Under the pieces are notes generated by a model. That model was not told the DNA's origin. It ran no database searches and saw nothing but the letters and a program-made list of their open reading frames with translations. From Chiloscyllium plagiosum (lineage: Eukaryota), in assembly GCF_004010195.1 (NCBI RefSeq), contig NC_057728.1, forward strand, positions 50,164,892 through 50,190,669: DNA of 25,778 bases. Direction: 5' to 3'. Below, in pieces: positions 21,329 through 25,778 of the stretch. Made by a program: the position numbers and the translations under genes. Each line of letters opens with the position of its first letter. Within the stretch, counting starts at the first letter, position 1.

Positions 21329-21532
21329 GAGAAAGTGAGGTCTGCAGATGCTGGAGATCAGAGATGGAAATGTGTTGCTGGAAAAGCGCAGCAGGTCAGG
21401 CAGCATCTAGGGAACAGGAGAATCGACGTTTCGGGCATTAGCCTGAAGAAGGGCTAATGCCCGAAACGTCGATTCTCCTGTTCCCTAGATGCTGCCTGAC
21501 CTGCTGCGCTTTTCCAGCAACACATTTACATC
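21329..21532. mobile_element. Young palindromic element with perfect 76-bp arms, a hammerhead-like core and a 16-bp TSD
   Basis: Arms 21368-21443 and 21452-21527 are exact reverse complements; TCTTAAAAACATACAG at 21313-21328 and 21533-21548; CTGAAGA-AGGGCTAATGCCC-GAAACGTC. Confidence 0.9.
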
Positions 21533-21635
21533 TCTTAAAAACATACAGCAAAACAAAGTCTCATCCATTCCTAACACAATCACTTTACATTGACTCAAAT
21601 CCAGAGAAATTATCCCTCGATATCAAGTCATTGAT

Positions 21636-22765
21636 TTTGACTCAGCTGATTTTTCCAAGTTCTTTCCTATTCTTGCATGAATACACACAACTCCAAGAGC
21701 TTAGACTTTCTCAGCTTTTAACAAACAGCAAATTTCTAAGCAAGCACTCCTGATCGAAAGTTGCGCAAACGAAACTTCTCTGCTGGGGTGGTTGTGCTTT
21801 CACTGTACTGTTCTATATTTATTTTCCAGTCAATAAACTATATTTGCTCTGACCTCAATGAGATCTTCTCCAAACTGTCCAAAAACTTTAAATTTCTGAG
21901 ATTCCTAAATAAAAATCAATCCTCAATTATCCGTAGCCATAACCAAGCTAACTGTTCACAATGTTTACCCTACCTGTCATAAAGAACCATGATGAAAACA
22001 GTCTTCCATTAACATTCCTGGAGGCCCTTGTTTTCTGGAATATAGTGGATTGGGTCAACAGGACTGTTTAACTTAGTTATTTTTAAAACAATTCATTAAC
22101 GTAAACGACCCCGTATGCTACTATTTCAACCTCTAAAAATTACATCAGACAGACTTCATCACACACCTCACACTGAAAGGAATGAAAATTTATCCTGAAG
22201 GGGCTTCATCAATTTCCATCAAAAAAAATTTTGACAGCATTTCTATGGTGACATCAAACATACAAAGAGTTTCATCAGAATCAAAGTCCATTTGGATTGC
22301 AGCATTTGACTCCCTTCAAATGTGTTCTTGACAAACCATGAGCTGTTTCAGATGTTGTCTTTTCTAGGTATGTAGAGTCAGAGAGTCATACAGCATGGAA
22401 ACAGACCCTCTGGTCTAAACAATCCATGCTAATCATAATCCCAAATTAAATTAGTCTCTGCGATTGGCCCATATCCCTTCAAGTATTTCTTACTCATGAG
22501 TTTTATCCAAATATCTTCTCATTGTTGTAACTGCATCTGCTTCCATCTCTTTCTCTGAATGATTATCACATTATGCAGAATTAAACTCCACCAAAACAAG
22601 CACAGATTATTACCAAGAACTTCCTCAAAATAAATCAAAGGATTGTAATTTGGAGTGCTTGTTTAGAAATTTGCTGATTGTCAAAAGCTGAGAAAGTCTA
22701 AGCTCTTAGAGTTGTGTGTATTCATGCAAGAATAGAAAAGAACTGGAAAAATAAGCTGAGTCAAA
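21636..22765. repeat. Pair of ~114-bp inverted repeats (21636-21750 and 22652-22765) with a ~900-bp spacer
   Basis: TTTGACTCAGC..CTATTCTTGCATGAATACACACAACTC.AAGAGCTTAGACTTTCTCAGCTTTT..AAGCACTCC is present in opposite orientations with only a few mismatches. Confidence 0.9.
22374..22557 (-). mobile_element. Older CR1 (HER1-like) 3' end
   Basis: AGAGTCAGAGAGTCATACAGCATGGAAACAGACCC..GGCCCATATCCC..TGTTGTAACTG matches 3335-3520. Confidence 0.8.
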
Positions 22766-23407
22766 CCCAAAAAAACAGCTTTTCCTAAACTTCAAAGTGA
22801 CATAAAGCCAGCACAAGACTTGGATTCTGGGTAATCCAAGATGGAGGACGGAAAAAATTTCTGGCTGTAAGAGCTGCTCCTTTTTTTGAGGTATTTTAGG
22901 TGTTAGAGGTGATTTCCTCAAATTCCAGCAGCAGCAATTACTGCTTTATATGTTGTTGCATTGTATTGGAACTTTAGGAAAAAGTCAAAACAACAGCAGT
23001 TTAAAAGGGAGAAGAGCAGACAAAGGAAGCACATGGTGAGGTCAGTGCAGGAGAGAGAGAGAACCTGCACAGTTACCGCCTTTGCTGTTTGAATTCGTAT
23101 ATCGCTGGACATTGGAGTGCATCTGGGAAAATTAACAAACAGTGAAATTCACAACTAATCATGGAGGAACTGTTGGGCGAAATTCACAGCACAGAATCAG
23201 ATAAGTTACTTGTTGTTTTAAGTCTGTCCTAGAGAACGGCTGCAGTAGTGGGTACAGTGGATTCTATCTTGATTATATGTTTTTGGAGATAAGTCTCTTG
23301 ATTAAGTTTAAAATATAAGCCATAGCTATTAATTTAACTTGGGGCAGTGTTTGTAGACGAATAAGACAGTGTTATTTTCTGGATCTGTAGATTGTGAAGG
23401 AGGAGAA

Positions 23408-23924
23408 ATGGCCTTGACAGTGATATGTACTTCTTGTCAGATGTGGGAGTTTAAAGAGAGTTTAAGGGTTACTGCGGATTATATCTGCCATAAATGCTGT
23501 TGGATGCGAATCTTATCAGATCAAGTGGATCGGTTGAAGAGACAGATAGAAGCGATGAGGAATTTGCGACAGCAACAGTATGTGAAGGATGGCAGTTATA
23601 GAAAGGGGGGAAAGTCTCAGATACAGTCACATAGATGGGTAAACTCCAGGAGGGGTAAGAGAGGTAGGCAACTAGAGCAGGAGTCTTTTGTGGATATACC
23701 CATTTCAAACAGGTAAGCTGTTTTGGAAAATGTAGGGGGTAATGGACTCTCAGGGGAATGTAGCACAAACAGCCAGGTTTCTGGTATTGAGACTGGCTGT
23801 AATGCAATGAGGGGTACGTCGGCTTCCAAGAGATCAATTGTGTTAGGGGATTCTGTAGTCAGAGGTACAGACAGACGTTTCTGTGGCCAGCAGAGAAAAA
23901 GCAGAATGGTATGTTGTTTCCCTG
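23408..23924 (+). pseudogene. CR1 ORF1 remnant: zinc finger, coiled coil and SGNH/GDSL esterase start
   Basis: VICTSCQMWE..YICHKC, LSDQVDRLKRQIEAM, SNR*AVL (in-frame TAA at 23714-23716), SIVLGDSVVRG (GDS at 23846-23854), MVCCFP. Confidence 0.88.
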
Positions 23925-24830
23925 NNNNNNNNNNNNNNNNNNNNNNNNNNNNNNNNNNNNNNNNNNNNNNNNNNNNNNNNNNNNNNNNNNNNNNNNNNNN
24001 NNNNNNNNNNNNNNNNNNNNNNNNNNNNNNNNNNNNNNNNNNNNNNNNNNNNNNNNNNNNNNNNNNNNNNNNNNNNNNNNNNNNNNNNNNNNNNNNNNNN
24101 NNNNNNNNNNNNNNNNNNNNNNNNNNNNNNNNNNNNNNNNNNNNNNNNNNNNNNNNNNNNNNNNNNNNNNNNNNNNNNNNNNNNNNNNNNNNNNNNNNNN
24201 NNNNNNNNNNNNNNNNNNNNNNNNNNNNNNNNNNNNNNNNNNNNNNNNNNNNNNNNNNNNNNNNNNNNNNNNNNNNNNNNNNNNNNNNNNNNNNNNNNNN
24301 NNNNNNNNNNNNNNNNNNNNNNNNNNNNNNNNNNNNNNNNNNNNNNNNNNNNNNNNNNNNNNNNNNNNNNNNNNNNNNNNNNNNNNNNNNNNNNNNNNNN
24401 NNNNNNNNNNNNNNNNNNNNNNNNNNNNNNNNNNNNNNNNNNNNNNNNNNNNNNNNNNNNNNNNNNNNNNNNNNNNNNNNNNNNNNNNNNNNNNNNNNNN
24501 NNNNNNNNNNNNNNNNNNNNNNNNNNNNNNNNNNNNNNNNNNNNNNNNNNNNNNNNNNNNNNNNNNNNNNNNNNNNNNNNNNNNNNNNNNNNNNNNNNNN
24601 NNNNNNNNNNNNNNNNNNNNNNNNNNNNNNNNNNNNNNNNNNNNNNNNNNNNNNNNNNNNNNNNNNNNNNNNNNNNNNNNNNNNNNNNNNNNNNNNNNNN
24701 NNNNNNNNNNNNNNNNNNNNNNNNNNNNNNNNNNNNNNNNNNNNNNNNNNNNNNNNNNNNNNNNNNNNNNNNNNNNNNNNNNNNNNNNNNNNNNNNNNNN
24801 NNNNNNNNNNNNNNNNNNNNNNNNNNNNNN
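23925..24830. other. Assembly gap (906 N)
   Basis: Run of N. Confidence 1.
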
Positions 24831-25778
24831 AGGAATATGGGACTGGGATATCATAGCAATTACGGAAACATGGCTCAGGGATGGGCAGGACTGGCAGCTG
24901 AATGTTCCAGGATACAAATGCTACAGGAAGGATAGAAAGGGAGGCAAGAGAGGAGGGGGAGTGGCATTTTTGATAAGGGATAGCATTACAGCTGTGCTAA
25001 GGGAGGATATTCCTGGAAATACATCCAGGGAAGTTATTTGGGTGAAACTGAGAAATAAGAAAGGGATGATCACCTTTTTGGGATTATATTATAGACTCCC
25101 CAATAGTCAGAGGGAAATTGAGAAACAAACTTGTAAGGAGATCTCAGCTATCTGTAAGAATAATATGGTGGTTATGGATAGGGGATTTTAACTTTCCAAA
25201 CATCGACTGGGACTGCCATAGAGTTAAAAGTTTAGATGGAGAAGAATTTCTTAAATGTGTACAAGACAATTTTCTGATTCAGAATGTGGATGTACCTACT
25301 ATAGAAGATGGAAAACCTGACCTACTCTTGGGAAATAAGGCAGGGCAGTTGACTTGAGGTGTCAGTGGGGGACCACTTTGGGCCAGTGACCATAATTCTA
25401 TTCATTTTAAAATAGTGATGGAAAAGGATAGACCAGATTTAAAAGTTGAAGTTCTAAATTGGAGAAAGGCCAATTTTGACGGTATTAGGCAAGAACTTTC
25501 AAAAGCTGATTGGAGGCAGATGTTCACAGGTAAAGGGACGGCTGGAAAATGGGAAGTCTTCAGAAATGAGATAGCAAAAATCCAGAGAAAGTATATTCCT
25601 GTCAGGGTGAAAGGGAAGGCTGGTAGGTATAGGGAATGCTGGATGACTAAAGAAATTGAGGGTTTGGTTAAGAAAAAGAAGGAAGCATAGATCAGGCATA
25701 GACAGGATAGATCGAGTGAATCCTTAGAGTACAAAGAAAGTAGGAGTATACTTAAGAGGGAAATCAGGAGGGCAAAAC
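24831..25778 (+). pseudogene. CR1 ORF2 apurinic-like endonuclease and linker remnant
   Basis: DIIAITETWL, RKDRKGGKRGGGVA, YYRLPNS, GDFNFPNIDW, DLLLGN, SDHNSI, NWRKANF; frameshifts and stops. Confidence 0.92.

Larger units (their letters stand above)
22830..25778 (+). mobile_element. 5' half of a long CR1 LINE (5' UTR, ORF1, ORF2 APE), running off the window end; 5' boundary approximate
   Basis: ORF1 and ORF2 remnants in the expected order and orientation on both sides of an assembly gap. Confidence 0.85.

Noticed and set aside
21457..22921. ORFs 21457-21753 (+) and 22706-22921 (-) sharing FLFLHEYTQL
   Set aside because: A consequence of the 114-bp inverted repeat, not paralogous genes.
23723..25191. 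Long 350-426 aa ORFs
   Set aside because: Artefacts of translating through the 906-N gap.

Overview
A vertebrate, transposon-saturated window with no recognisable host protein-coding gene. HE1-like V-SINEs and HER1/CR1-like LINE tails point to an elasmobranch (shark) genome; this is an inference. The centrepiece is a decayed, structurally complete Ty3/Gypsy LTR retrotransposon of the Gmr1 type (10502-18476). It has two LTRs, a tRNA-Pro-like PBS and a PPT, and its domain order is gag-PR-INT-RT-RH, with integrase upstream of RT. It sits inside a minus-strand CR1/L2-group LINE. It is itself interrupted by a CR1 (HER1-like) LINE carrying a related solo LTR, and by a SINE with an 8-bp TSD. Other contents are several CR1 fragments, the 5' half of a long CR1 (zinc-finger/SGNH-esterase ORF1, 906-N gap, APE domain of ORF2), a Penelope-like GIY-YIG remnant with an inverted terminal repeat and a hammerhead-like core, and two ~200-bp palindromic elements with hammerhead-like cores and 13-16 bp TSDs. 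There is also an unexplained 114-bp inverted-repeat pair (21636-22765) and a TAAT-rich unique island (~7750-8020) that could be a conserved non-coding element. All coding remnants carry stops or frameshifts. Coordinates were read by eye and may be off by a few bases.
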